Source of the DNA: the human T2T-CHM13v2.0 reference genome, Homo sapiens
Strand: one strand, 5' to 3'
Assembly: GCF_009914755.1 (NCBI RefSeq)
Contig: NC_060926.1
Length of the DNA: 64,000 nucleotides
Shown here: positions 15,876 through 29,837 of the stretch, in pieces
How the letters are laid out: each line of letters begins with the position of its first letter
Position numbering within the stretch: position 1 is the stretch's first letter
The notes under the pieces: generated by a model
What the model saw: only the letters and a program-made list of their open reading frames with translations
Databases searched by the model: none
Told to the model about the DNA's origin: nothing
Program-made: the position numbers and the translations under genes

Positions 15876-16058
15876 AAAATTATTGAAATAAGGTGATGAG
15901 AGTAGAGACAAGGGGGATGGCAATGGGAATGAAAAATAAGGGAAGAATTTGGCTCTTAGAGAACCTTAAAGCAAAACTTTTGGACTATGTCAAGGTTCAA
16001 ACTAGGGGAAAATAAGGGAATAATGTCATGATTAACTGAAACATACCTGACCACATGG

Positions 16059-16091
16059 ATATATATACATACATATACATACATACACACG

Positions 16092-16154
<63 letters not shown>
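16059..16154. repeat. Compound (TA)/(CA)/(TA) microsatellite
   Basis: Seen directly in the sequence. Confidence 0.95.
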
Positions 16155-16174
<20 letters not shown>

Positions 16175-16452
16175 GAGGCGGAGTCTTGCTCTGCCTCCCA
16201 GGCTGGAGTGCAGTGGCGCAATCTGAGCTCATTGCAACCTCCGCCTCCCAGGTTCGAGCGATTCTGCCTCAGCCTTCCGAGTAGCTAGGACTACAGGTGC
16301 ATGCCACCATGCCCTGCTAATTTTTGTATTTTTAGTAGAGACAGGTTTCACCATGTTGGCGAGGCTGGTCTTGAACTCCTGGCCTCAGGTGATCTGCCCA
16401 CCTCGGCCTCCCAAAGTGCTGGGATTACAAGTGTGAGCTGCTGCGCCTGGCC
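16154..16452 (-). mobile_element. AluSx-like
   Basis: Reverse Alu dimer. TSD cacatggatatat at 16052-16064 and 16453-16465. Confidence 0.92.
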
Positions 16453-16650
16453 CACATGGATATATTTTTCAGGGAAAAAATAATTTCAATTTGAAGTGGG
16501 GATGTCCAGTACGCAGCTGGACATAACAAACTAGTGAGTGATCTCCTCAAGGAAGAGTGCTGGGCCAAACGTTGTCACCTTATAGTCAGTGTCGATTTAC
16601 AGAGGGACCATGACTCTCTCCCTGCAGATGACAACAAAGTGCCCTGATAA

Positions 16651-17012
<362 letters not shown>

Positions 17013-17689
17013 TCACATAAAGTTGCCCCATTGGCTCCTGTGAAGGCTGGAGGATTATGCAGAAGGGCAGCCGAGGTGTTGGGTATTCCTAGCATTAGGG
17101 AGCTGGAGGATGTGGAGGCATTGAGGGCAAGGAGAAGGGGGAGACTCGGACAGGACAGAGTGCAGAGAAGGACAGGGAGAAGGAGGTCTAGGAGAAATGG
17201 TGACCAACAATGCCCAGGAGGCCAAAGAAACAAGGGCCTCAGGAAGTCAAGGTGTCAGAGGAGAGTGCAATCCACAGCCAGCCTGCAAGGGGCCACGTCA
17301 GAAGTGAGTGGGCAAAAGGGAAATGGAGACAGTTCTGAGTGCTTAAGATGGGATCTTAGGTGGTAGTATGAACAGGGTTGTTTTTTTGTTTTTTGTTTTT
17401 TTTTTTTAGTGAGAGGGCAGGTAAAAAAATTAGAGAGTATGACATTAATTAAATATGCTAGAAGCAGGGAGGGAGGATTAAGGGGCATGGTCCCTGAGGG
17501 ATCCGGGTAGATCGCTACTGATGGGCCAGAGTCCGCATCTCATAACTTCTACTGATCCTGTGTGCTCTGCACAGAAAGGTGTGGCAATTCCCTGAATCCC
17601 AGGCTCTTGGATGCCTCCAGGCTCATCTTCCTTTTGCCTCTTCTCCCCTGTTCACCTCCTGGCTCCTCCTGAATTATGATCTGCTTAAA

Positions 17690-17880
17690 ATAAAAGTTAT
17701 AGCAGCTAATATTTCCTGAGAGCTTGCTCTGTTCTGGGCATTAAATCCCTGAATCCTCGCACTTTCCTTATGAGGTGGTATTGTCTCCAGGTGAGAAAAC
17801 TGGCTCTGAAAGCTAACAGAGACAGAAATGAGCTCTGAGCTCAGGCCGTCCAACTTAACGCAGAGTTTATAATAAACCAC
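17690..17880 (-). mobile_element. MIR SINE
   Basis: aatcctcgcac...tatgaggtggtatt...ggtgagaaaactggctctga. Confidence 0.6.
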
Positions 17881-19566
17881 CTCCATTTGTGTCCTCACTT
17901 TTTTCTTTTTTCTCAGTTTGCCCCACCTGGGCTTGGTAACCCAGCTCTAATCTTCAGCTTTGTGGTGAGGCTGCTGCTCCAGGTAATGGTCCCTCCCTCA
18001 AATCACTGTACCGCAACTGCCTGAGGGGCGCATTGTAATGGCCTAGCCCAAGCCTTAGGACACCCCAACACATCTTCTGAGGAACTTTGAAGTCGACCTG
18101 GTGTTATTTCCTCTAGTTCTACAGGACTCTTCATGTCTGTCTTTTGAGAGAACCACATCTAGACATTCGGCATCCTTTGAGATGAACTTCCTGACCGAGT
18201 TACGGATCTAGTATCTGAGACATCGACAAACTCTGTTCTTAATATTTAATTACATGGCCTTGGGGTTAAAACCTCGAATGCCTAGGCCCAGGGAACCACC
18301 ATAAACGAATTAAATGGGCTGGAGATGAGAAAAACAGGGCAGCAATGTGTTATATGCCAAGTGGCACTGGGTTTGGGGAGACAAACTAGAGCAGAAGAAG
18401 TTATGGCAAAGTGGCAAGTCAAGTGTCTAAAGCTGATCTCTGCTACACAGAATGAGGGAAGTTCTGTGTAATCAGAACTCATTTCCCAAGAGAAACCAGA
18501 AAGCTTCACTTTGTGTGTGCATGAAAACTCCTGATTTTTTTAAAGTTGGCAACTATTTCACAATTTCAAAACTTTGTGGGGCCATCCCTGTGAGGCCAAA
18601 CAAAACATGTCTGCTGGCCAAATCTGGCCTTGAGGTGACACATTCTACCGTGCCTGTGTGTGACACATCCTGCTGTTCCTGTGTTCAGCAAGAGCTGAGG
18701 CTCTTCCTAGCAGTTCTTAACGTCCCTCCCAGAAATTTCCCTAACAGCTGCTGATCCGGATGTGTCCTGACATTGCCATGTATGCCCAGATTTTCCACAG
18801 AGTTCTTCATGCACCTTCATGTGTGGACACTGTAAATAATTCTTCTCATGAAAAGTTAACTAGACCTTGAACTAATTCAGCAGGACCGCCATCTGGGAGT
18901 CCTCAGAAACAGTGAATTGTCAGCACTGTAAACATTTTAAGCTTCGGGGAGGACACTGACTTTTTCTAAACTAATCACCCCTGCCAGTCAAGATGTGCAG
19001 TGTGGGTTCAAGAACAAGGCGTTCATTTAACAACAATAACAAAAACAGTGAGGATGAATACCGGACAGCCATCATAATGAAAGGCCTAAAAGCAAACTAT
19101 GACTTCCCTAATAAGGCGACGGCCAAAGCTGGCTCCCTGGCGGTCGAGCGCTAATACAATTAATCAGTCTGTTTTCAGTTTTCTCACGACAGCAATATTA
19201 ACAGTTTGCTTTATTCTGTTTATATGGTGCTGACAGGTCTTCGGCATGTTGCGCCTACTTGCTGGAGATTAATGGCCACTCTCATATTGAGGTAAAAACC
19301 AGGCAGGAAGAGAATGCCTTTTACGACTAGATAAGAACTGGATTCTCTTGCTTTTTTTTGTTCCCCATCAACTCCTCCCTCTTTCAGTTTCTATCAGGGA
19401 TATATGAGATTAGTTAAGTCCAGCAAGTTCACCTCACTGTTTAAACTCCCCCACTTTAGATGTCGTATCCTCAGGTAAAACAAAGGGAGCCTTAAATATT
19501 GATTTTGGATAAACTCATTACATATAAAGGTATTGGTGACTAACTTTGTTTTTAAGAAGTCAGATT

Positions 19567-20211
<645 letters not shown>

Positions 20212-22548
20212 TTAATAATTACATTTTAATTAAATTTTTTAATAAAAAAGATTTAAAAAAAATTCAATAACATCCCCCCTCAACTTACCCCTTCCCTCAA
20301 AAGCCGTAAAAGTACTATTTGTTACTAGCACACTTTTCTCTGCCTCAGGTTTGAGAGAAATGGTAACCCTAAACAATATTTTAACAACATGTAAGTATAG
20401 GAAATCTAAAATAACAAAATTTAAAATAAAGCAGTGCTTCCTCAGTTTCTGTAGGAATCAATGTCTCATTGTTGGCTTGTAGGCAGACTGCTCCACCCAT
20501 TTTATGAAACAGTCACATGGAGAAGCAAGCACTGTATAAGCAGAAACTACAGGCCTGGGCCCAGCTAGCTTTCCATCCACTCTCCCTTGCTCACTCCTTT
20601 CTTGACATAGCAGCAGGAAAAGAGGATTAATTCTAGTAGAGAAAATAACAGGTGGTGGCTTTTAAGTGGAATATTTTATCAAATATTTTTAAAGCCAGAT
20701 ATAAGAACAGTCTAGGATAAGAAAGTGATATTAATAACAATAATAGTATTTACTGTATGCTTAGTATGTCCAAGCACTGTTTTAAGCACTTCAGTTGTGT
20801 GAACTCATTTAATTCCCACAAGGGAATGCCTTGAGAGCAAAGTAATAATTTTTGCCGGAAGGGCAGGGTATTTGAGAGTAGAACAATATACTGGGTTAGA
20901 CTTGGGCAGATCTTGAATTCTATACTTCTATTTTAAATAATTTATCTAATGCAAAGGTTGGATTGAAGAGGGAAGAAATGTTAGGCTAGTTAGAAGGACA
21001 CGGCAATAGCCTTGAGATTCTCAACCAGGGTAGTGTATTAGAAGTAAAAAGGAGAGGAAAGATTTGAGAGTTATCTCAGAAACAGAACCATCTAAATTTT
21101 TTGGACTGATTTGACTGCTCTTTCACTCATTTTCTTATTCACTCAACAACTATTTTTGAGTGTTTTGGATGGGTCAGACATTGCGCTAAGTGAAAAATAG
21201 GAAGGTAAGAAAAAGAAGACTCTGAAGATGATTCCCTCCCCAAAACTGAGCTACTAGCTATTACTCAGTGGTCTGAAGTGACACTTAATATACATCCATC
21301 CCTCCTTCCATCTATCCATTCAGTACTTACTGAACACCTACCTTGTGCCAGGCATTGCATTATATAATGGTTATGAACAAGTCCAGGAAAGAAAAATATA
21401 GGGAAAAGGGAAAATGAAGGGGAAAAATGCTGTCTTCATTCTCATAGCTTTGGGAGTGCCTTGTTTCTAGAACTCCCATTTCTTTCCTGGTGGTCTGGCC
21501 ATAAGGCACAGTACATGGTGGTAAACCACCAGACTGCTGGAATTGAGTAGAGATTCTTAGTCATCCATATGAGGAGAGGACCTTCTATTTAACTTCTAAA
21601 TGTGTGCCCTGATTTGGCATATTTTAAGCAGAGCAAAACATTATACCATAAAGGTATCTAACATGATTCCTATGTAGAGATTTTAATATTGTCTAGAAAT
21701 ACAGGCACAAGAAAAATAAGCTCTGAGCAAAGCCAAAAGGTACTGAAAATAATAGAACATACTTTGAACATTAAAAATCTTGTATCTGGTTTAGTTGGTA
21801 AATTAGTTTGAGACATATAATTCTATTGCCTTCCAAGGAAAGCCCTGATCTTTTAAAATTAAGATCTGCCTAGACTTTATAAGAATAAATCCTGACCACT
21901 TTCTGTGCTTTCTGAAAAACAACTAGGTAATAGAATGACTACCACTGAGAAGTATTTTGCTTTATGGCAGCTGTCTTTTCATTATTATTTTATGAGAGCT
22001 TGTCTAGATATTATATATCCTTTACTATCTACATTTAGTTCTTTTTTAGATGCCCGGGGTTATGTCAGTTTCTTTGGATCTAATTGGATCTCAAAACTCC
22101 ATCACTTCAATACTTTCCAAAAGTTCTTAGGCAGGTAGGCTTACCTCCAAAAACATTTAACATGACTAATGCATGCTGCTGGTCATTTCTATTAAAACAA
22201 AAAAATTAAAAGGTATTTTTAGAGACTTATGAACGCCATCAACAATTATTTCAAGTATAAGCTAGTTTGTATATGCCAAGGGTGAGACTTTAAATGCCTA
22301 TAAAATCTGTCTGTAAAAAAGGAATTTTATGAGAGCAGGCACATTTTACTTTCAACTTTAAGGATCTGAGCCTGCTTTGGACTTGGTGTTCTATGAACTA
22401 TGAGCTAACTAAGTTACGGGAAAGCAGCCTGCACCCACGGTAAGATGAAAAGGCAGAATCCTGGGCCTGTGCATTTTAATTATAGCTCTACTGCCTGCAT
22501 CATTGACCAAGTTTGGGTATTTGTTTCTGTACAGAAAATAAGATTTGA

Positions 22549-22718
22549 GGCCCACACAGTGGCTCACACCTGTAATCCCAACACTTTGGGAGGCTGAGGC
22601 AGGAGGATCGCTTGAGTCCAGGATTTTTAAGACCAGCCTGGGCAACAGAATGAGTCTCTGTCTCTATTCTTTAAAAATAAAAATAAAAAAATAATAAATA
22701 TATAAAATAAAATAAAAT
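22549..22718 (+). mobile_element. FLAM-like free left Alu monomer
   Basis: Single monomer with A-rich tail. TSD aaaataa(g/a)atttga. Confidence 0.85.
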
Positions 22719-23044
22719 TTGAATAACCATTTACTTATTTCCCATTGAAAATGCTTTTTAGTTATGAACTATTTTAAACATGCTTATTTTTTGCTGATGA
22801 GAAACAGGAATTGAAATTGGGAAAAGTATAAAATACTACATAAGTGACCAATATAGATATTTCCATGATTATTATCTCAAATTAACACATTGGTAAGAGA
22901 AGCCTTCACCGTCCTGGGCACTCGATCCATGGGTGAAAGCCTTCAGTAACGGTGAATGTTATTTTCATTTTGCTTGGCTTAACCAAATGGGGACCTTGGA
23001 GTAAAAAAAGTAAAAAGATGAGCCCAGAGAGAGGCTGGCAGTGG

Positions 23045-23390
23045 AGAGGCGGAGGGCGAGCCACAAAATTAGAGGCGGTCCGTGCTGGAAAGGCCCTTTG
23101 GAGATAATCTCACCACCCTCCGTGGGCGGGAAAGAAAAACAAACGGGAGCCGTCTGAGATTTATGACTCTTACCTGCGGCGGAGATCCTCTGCCACCGCT
23201 GCCCGGCAGCTGAACAAATAGGCTCGGAGCGACTTCAGCCGCTGCCGCAGCCGCAGCACGGCGGCCAGCGGCTCTGCGTGGTGGTACAGCATGGCGTTCT
23301 CCTGCTGGATGTCGATGAGCGGCTCTTCGTACACGTACTCCAGAAACTCCTTGGCCTGCTTCGACACCTACAAAACAAGCGTCGTCAGTC
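23045..23390. other. Small intragenic CpG-rich segment covering the exon and adjacent intron
   Basis: High GC and many CpGs relative to the CpG-poor flanks. Confidence 0.6.
23174..23367 (-). CDS. PLEKHM3: PLEKHM3 internal coding exon (194 bp)
   Basis: TTTTGTAG|GTGTCG...CGCAG|GTAAGA. Encodes [64 protein letters not shown] plus AG (phase 2). Recognised as PLEKHM3 protein sequence. Confidence 0.97.
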
Positions 23391-23569
23391 AGTCCTGGAG
23401 AAGCACCTGGCTCTCCACACCTGCTCAAACTAGGAACCATAGCTGAAATATCAAAGGAACACGATTATTTTCTCAATACAGACAAATGAAAAAGTCTGTA
23501 GTTGAATTAAATGTAAATTTTGACTTCTCTCTCTTCCAGACATTCAACTGTAAGCTAGGAAGGAATTTA

Positions 23570-23812
23570 TTAATTCTGTATCTTGACTGCAGTGGTGATT
23601 ACAGGAACCTACACATGTGACAGAACGGCACAGTATGGTGCCGTTATACTGACTTATTATACCAATGTCAACTTGCTGTTTTTGTTTTTGATATTGGACC
23701 TTAGTTGCCTAAGATGTAGCCAAGGGAGGAAACTGTGAAAGGTACACAGAACCTCTCTGAATTGTCTATGCAATTTCCTGTGAATCCACAATTATTTCAA
23801 AATAAAAAAGGA
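23570..23812 (+). mobile_element. L1MC/MD-like 3' end
   Basis: ttctgtatcttgactgcagtggtg...aggtacacagaacctctctg...attatttcaaaataaaaa. Confidence 0.65.
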
Positions 23813-23938
23813 ATTAAGAAGACTGTTTTAACACAAATGCTGATTTTTAAAAACGTCATAAATTTATATGTGCATATATATGTATGAATATTCCATAACA
23901 CTTTTGAAAAGTAGCCACTTAAAAAATAGGTAAATCAA

Positions 23939-24243
<305 letters not shown>

Positions 24244-27200
24244 GACTAAATCATGTACATATTACAACATTCAAAAAGGATAAAAGGATATTATTTGCAG
24301 AATAATCTGACTGACTAGCAAACAAGCTCAAATATACTGCTTCAGTGACCAGAAAGGAGTTGCTCTTATTACAACTTTGAACTTCAGCTAACTCCAGCCA
24401 ATATATCCATCCAATTCTGTATTCACCTTGAGTGGTAATCCACGGTAATCCACAAGACTATGAAAGTTCATTTTATAATGTCATTGTCATCAGTAGAAAC
24501 AAATAGTACATGGAAACACAATGTCTCAGAGATACAGAGGGAGTGGCTTAAATAATGCATAACATGAGGGTAATTTTTCAGAATCTCTACATACCAATCA
24601 CTGACAGTGAGATGTAGATTGGCTACTAATACATAGAAAGTTGGCTCAGTTTCTATTTATGGAAGATAAAACCTCTCTAAAAACTTTCCATTAAAATCTC
24701 TCTAGGAGCAAGGTTAGAATTCAACATTAAAATAAACAAAAAACTTTGCTTATTAAAAAGAAAAAAAAATCTATGTTTCATATGGTAGGCTAGAAGTATA
24801 TTAATAAAGATATATAGGATACAGTTCCTTCCCTCAAGTGGCTCACTGTGTAGTATGAGACAAGTATTTAAAACAAAACCACATGTAACATGCAGCATGT
24901 ACCCTGTCATCTGCTACAAAAGAGGTATGGATGGGGCCCACTGGTAGCTTAGAGGAAGGAGAAATCAACTCTCCTGGTGGGGAGAGGGTTGGCAAAGCAG
25001 GTGGCACTTGGATCTGGGTGTAGAAGATAAACAGAAATTCACTTGGTGAACAAATGTGGGACAGAATAGAGTACAACAGGCAGAAACAAACATAAAAACC
25101 CCTCTGTATGTATATGTCATAATTAAATGTATGGCTATTATATGTTGATTATAAATTTCTCGTACATAAACATAAAATTCAATATGATCATTTTCTTATA
25201 TTGCAAAGCTTATACCAAAGTTTATGTTCTTTATAGGAATGCAAAAAAATACATCATTTAAAAAATAAACTTCTAATTTTTTTCCTTATAAGCAATTATT
25301 TTTGAGGTACCTGTTGTGTTGTGTGATCCTATAGCATCCTGCAGAGTTAGAGTTACAGAATTAGAGAAGTTTACAGTCTCTGAAAATCACAAAAAGGCAC
25401 CTAGAATTAGCCAAAATCTTCAACTATCTAACCAGATTGGAAATAACAGTTATTCCTCACTTTTATTTTTGAGGCATCTATTAATAGACACAGGTACATG
25501 CCAGATACTGTAGCAGGCATTAGGCATTCAGTGGAGAATAAAACAAACATGGCCCTGTCTTTAGGTATAATAGCCCACAGTTCAGTGGGAAAGAAAGACT
25601 TGGGTTTAAATATTTTATTTATCATGATTAAATATTTGTGATATTTAAATATCTTAAAATGAGGAAAAGACTGATGGTGTTTTGGGAAATGAAGTACAAC
25701 CCACTTGAAACTGTTGCTGAAAAATGATGTATTGTACAATTCAATTAGTCTTTCTGGCTCTGTTGAGCAGTGTTTATATGGAGTCAGGGCCCTGCTGAAT
25801 TAGGTTAACAATGCTACCTTTTAGTAGGTGAACAGAGCGACAGAGGGCACTGGCCAGTCTCCCAGGCCTTAAAAGGCTTCTCTCTTCAGGTGGTACTTAA
25901 GCCCGAAAGGAAGAAAAAAATCTTTTACAGAGAAAGTAAAAGCAGTGAGACAAATGGAACAGCAGCCACTGACATCAGTATTCATAAACTGAAATTACAA
26001 AAAACAAAAACAGAGCTCGTTTCAACCATGTCGGAGGCGCTGCCTTCACCAGTTGTTACTAGCAGTAGGCATATGGTGCACATCGCTACCGCTGCTGCCT
26101 GAGTACATGAACAAATCCCCACCACGTTCAGCCATTTTTGGCAGCAAGGCTGAGCACATGCACTCATTTTTGAGAATCAGCCACTAATAATCGGTGAGGG
26201 AATTTTTGAGAGAACTCAAAATCTGGCATGGCCTACTATTTTTGCAAAATAGAGCATTGTATCCCCACTGATTTCCTAAGTTCTAAATGACCCTCCACAC
26301 TGGCATGAGGATTGTACTCTCAAACTCAACTCGAATTAAAAATGTTAAAAAAAAAGTTACTTAGGAACAAAAGCCAAAGATATTCTTAGGTGATAAAGTT
26401 TATGTGAGAAAAAGTTTTTTTGTTAATATAAATATTTCATGAATTATATGTGAACACTGACTATGTTCCAACTAAGAGCTAAGAGCTACTGTCCTACTTC
26501 TTGCCAACCAAACTATGAAAAACCTAAAAAGCCTGCTGCCATTTCTGATGTAAAGAAAAATTCAGCTGATAGTCAGGTGCAGATGAATGAGCTCAAATGA
26601 ATGGTTTCGGCTGGCACTCTTTTCCATGATACCACTCCATTCACATTAGTATTAGTATTGACCTATTAGTATTTTACCAAATAATATTTAATATTTATTA
26701 ATTATATTCCTTCTATTCATATGAACGAATTTCTTTCCATAGCTTTTGTAGCTTATAAACAGAACAGTTTAAGCTATAAGAACTCAACTCTGTGACAGTG
26801 ATTGTGCTGCAGTTTGTGAACTGATTCTTTCTTCACAACCCTGCCATCTACATGATTCAAGAGAGATGAGAAGGAGGAATCCAAGAGGAAAGAGGCCTCC
26901 TCCCCTACCTCACATTCAGGAGGAGGTGGAGAAAATGGTAAAATCACATTATGATTAGCTACAAACTAACAATGATCAGATCTGCTATTTACACATATAC
27001 ATTTATAAGTAAACACATGTCACTTGATTTGAACATTATTAAGTGTCATCAGTATAGATTCGAACATAATACGACTTTTGTTACGCTAGTGACAGCCACT
27101 TCTTAAAAACAAAGTTCTTGAATGTTGTTCAGGTTTGCGTAATCCTGAGGGAGAGTGTTCTGGTATGCTCCCCCACAAAAATAGCCCCTGGTGATAACGT

Positions 27201-27368
27201 AATGGGGCAAAGGGAATGTTTAACCATAGATAGCAATTTGGAGACGACATGGTATTATGGTGGTGGTAGTGTGGACTTTGTTTTTATTAAAGGAGGAAAA
27301 TGTATCAGAATAAAACACGAATAAGAAGGACTTGTAGAATAACAAAGACTAGTAAAGATAATCTAATT

Positions 27369-27845
27369 CAATTTTTCTCAGCTTGTGTTCCAAGGAACAC
27401 TAGTCCCACAAAAAAAGACGTTTTAAGGTCCAATAAGATGTATGCCACACACCACTTTGTTTCCTTGGAGATTCAAAGTACAGCATGTTTGCATATTAAA
27501 ACTGAGACATCTTGTACCGAAGAAAACCTGCTTAACCCAGCCACTTCTCAAAGCTATTTTACTACAGACAGGGCAGCTGTTGAGTGCTGCACATGATGCA
27601 TGGGCGGTGGGAGTGTGGGAGATAAGATCCAGCCCGGACCCCCACTCACCAACCAGAAGAAAGGGCGTCTTTCTCTACCTTGCTGCATCCTCTTGCTAAG
27701 CTGTGAGTTTGCTGAGCTGTGTTCTGGAGGGGCTCTTTTCCAATTCCCATAAAGCTGGCCTAGCTGTGGCCCTCCTTTTTGCGTAACACCTACTAACACG
27801 AAAGAATTTGGTAATGCTCCATGGAATACACTTTGAGAAACACTG
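27369..27845. mobile_element. hAT-Charlie-like non-autonomous DNA transposon (interrupted)
   Basis: Degenerate terminal inverted repeats: caatttttctcagcttgtgttccaaggaa and ctccatggaatacactttgagaaacactg. Confidence 0.6.
27569..27774. mobile_element. MER91-like hAT-Tip100 element nested in the Charlie-like element
   Basis: cagggc...gccct ends. GC-rich interior (tgctgcaca, atccagcccg, agggcgtctttctcta) resembles MER91A as I recall it. Confidence 0.5.
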
Positions 27846-28220
27846 AACTAATCCACTGCCTGTATTTAATAGAAGAGAAAATTGAGTACAAAGAGCATAA
27901 GTAACTTATTTGTGGTCATGTCATGGTAGAATTAGAGCCACAACTCAGATCCCTGGAGACTCTGCTCTGTGCTTTTTAGCATTGTTTATATTCACAATTC
28001 TTATTTTTTAATAATGTTACCATACTCTATCAGCTTATCACTTCATAAAAGAGTTTTCCTGTCCCTTCTCCATCTTACAGCAAGTAGGCTACAAATGAAG
28101 ACTAATCTATAATGTAATTAAGCAGGACACTGACATGTAGGATCCCATTTGATTTTAACTTTAAAATAAAACTGAAGTTCAATAACATTTCATTTATACA
28201 AAAGTTACTTATTTGTGCAA

Positions 28221-28519
28221 TTTATTTTATTTTATTCTATTTTAGAGACAAGGTTTTGCTCTGTTACCCAGGCTGGCTGGAATGCAGTGGCATGATCATA
28301 GTTCACTGTAACTTCGAACTTCTGAGCTCAAGGGATCCTCCCACCTCAGCCTCTGGAGTAGCTAGGTAGGACTACGTGTGCATGACACAAGGCCTGGTTA
28401 ATTTTTAAATTTTTTGTAGAGATAGGGTCTTGCTGCTGCCCAAGCTGGTCTCAAGCAAATCCTTCTGCTTCAGCCTCCAAAAGCACTAGGATTATAGGCA
28501 CGAGCCACTGCGCCCAGTC
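28221..28519 (-). mobile_element. AluJ
   Basis: Reverse, diverged Alu dimer. Confidence 0.9.
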
Positions 28520-28879
28520 TATTTGTGTATTTTTTTTACTGTCTTTCTCCTTTCACTGGAATAAGAGCATCCATAAGGGCAGAAACTATATCCCCAGTGC
28601 CTAGAACAGTGAGCACAATAAATATCCAATAAATACTTGTTGAACAAATGAATGAATAATTTACAATGCTCTGGCCACAACTTTGAAGCATACACTCTTG
28701 CTTTAGACATAGTTCCTACAGCTTGGTTATTTGTTTCTAAGTTCATAACATATTTAGAGTCCATAAAGAAGAAAAGATAGCTAGAGGCAGCATGGATACA
28801 ACATAAATGACAGCTGACATCCTAGCACCAGGGGAAGAGAGGCACCTACAGGAAGCTACAAGGTGAAAACAAAGAGCAT

Positions 28880-29091
28880 ACGACCCTAATTGAGGGCAAC
28901 TTGGCACTATCCATCAAACTCACAAATTGTACATGCCTATATCTAGGAAGTTATCTACAGATAGTTTTGCTTATCAATGAAAAAAAATTATATTCAATAT
29001 TATGTAAAAAGTTATTCATTGAATTACTGTCTATAATAGCAAAAGACTGGAAAAATCTAAATGTCCACCAAAAAAGAACTGGTTAGATAAA

Positions 29092-29136
<45 letters not shown>

Positions 29137-29430
29137 ATGCATGTAAAATTCATGAAATATTTTAAAAAATGCAAGGAAGAGTTTTATTATCTAAATGGAA
29201 AGCTCTCTAAGCACAGGGTATATACTATATTGTCATTTTTGTATGAAAAAATACATGTACATAAAATATCTCTGGAAGGATACACGAGAAAGGAGTGTTT
29301 TGGTTGCCTCTGAGAAGAATGGGGTGAGTAAAAAGGAGATTATTTATGTATGTACGCACGCCCCCTTTTACTTTTTGAACCTTGAACTTTCTGAAAGTAT
29401 ACTGTATTCAAAAAAGAAGAATGAATAAAA
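28880..29430 (+). mobile_element. L1ME-like fragment containing (TG)19 at 29095-29132
   Basis: caacttggcactatccatcaaa...ataatagcaaaagactggaaaaatctaaatgtcca (peptide IIAKDWK). Confidence 0.65.
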
Positions 29431-29533
29431 TATAGCAGTGCAAGGCATTTAGGGAAAAACAGCCTCACTTATCCCATTAAACTCTCAAGTTATCTATCAC
29501 AGGACAGAACAATCATTTACATTTATAATTCTG

Positions 29534-29837
29534 GTCCAGGCACAGTGGCTCACGCCTATAATCCCAACACTTTGGGAGGCTGAGGCAGCAGGATTGCTTT
29601 AGGCCAGGAGTTTGAGACCAGCCTGGGCAACATAGCAAGACTTTGTCTCTACCAAAAACTAATTTAAAAATTAGCCAGGTGTAGTGGCGTGCGCCTGTAG
29701 TCCCAACTACTCAGGAGGCTGGGGTGGGAGGAATGCTTGAGTGCCAGAGTTCAAGGCTGCAGTGAGTTACAGTCATGCCACTGCACTCCAGCCTGGGTAA
29801 CAGAGCACGACACTGTCTCTAAAAAAAAAAAAAAAAA
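29534..29837 (+). mobile_element. AluJ
   Basis: Full dimer with A tail. Confidence 0.9.

Noticed and set aside
23069-23440. 123-aa alternative-frame ORF over the PLEKHM3 exon
   Set aside because: It arises from the GC-rich, stop-poor exon read in another frame, with low-complexity Ala/Arg content and no independent support.
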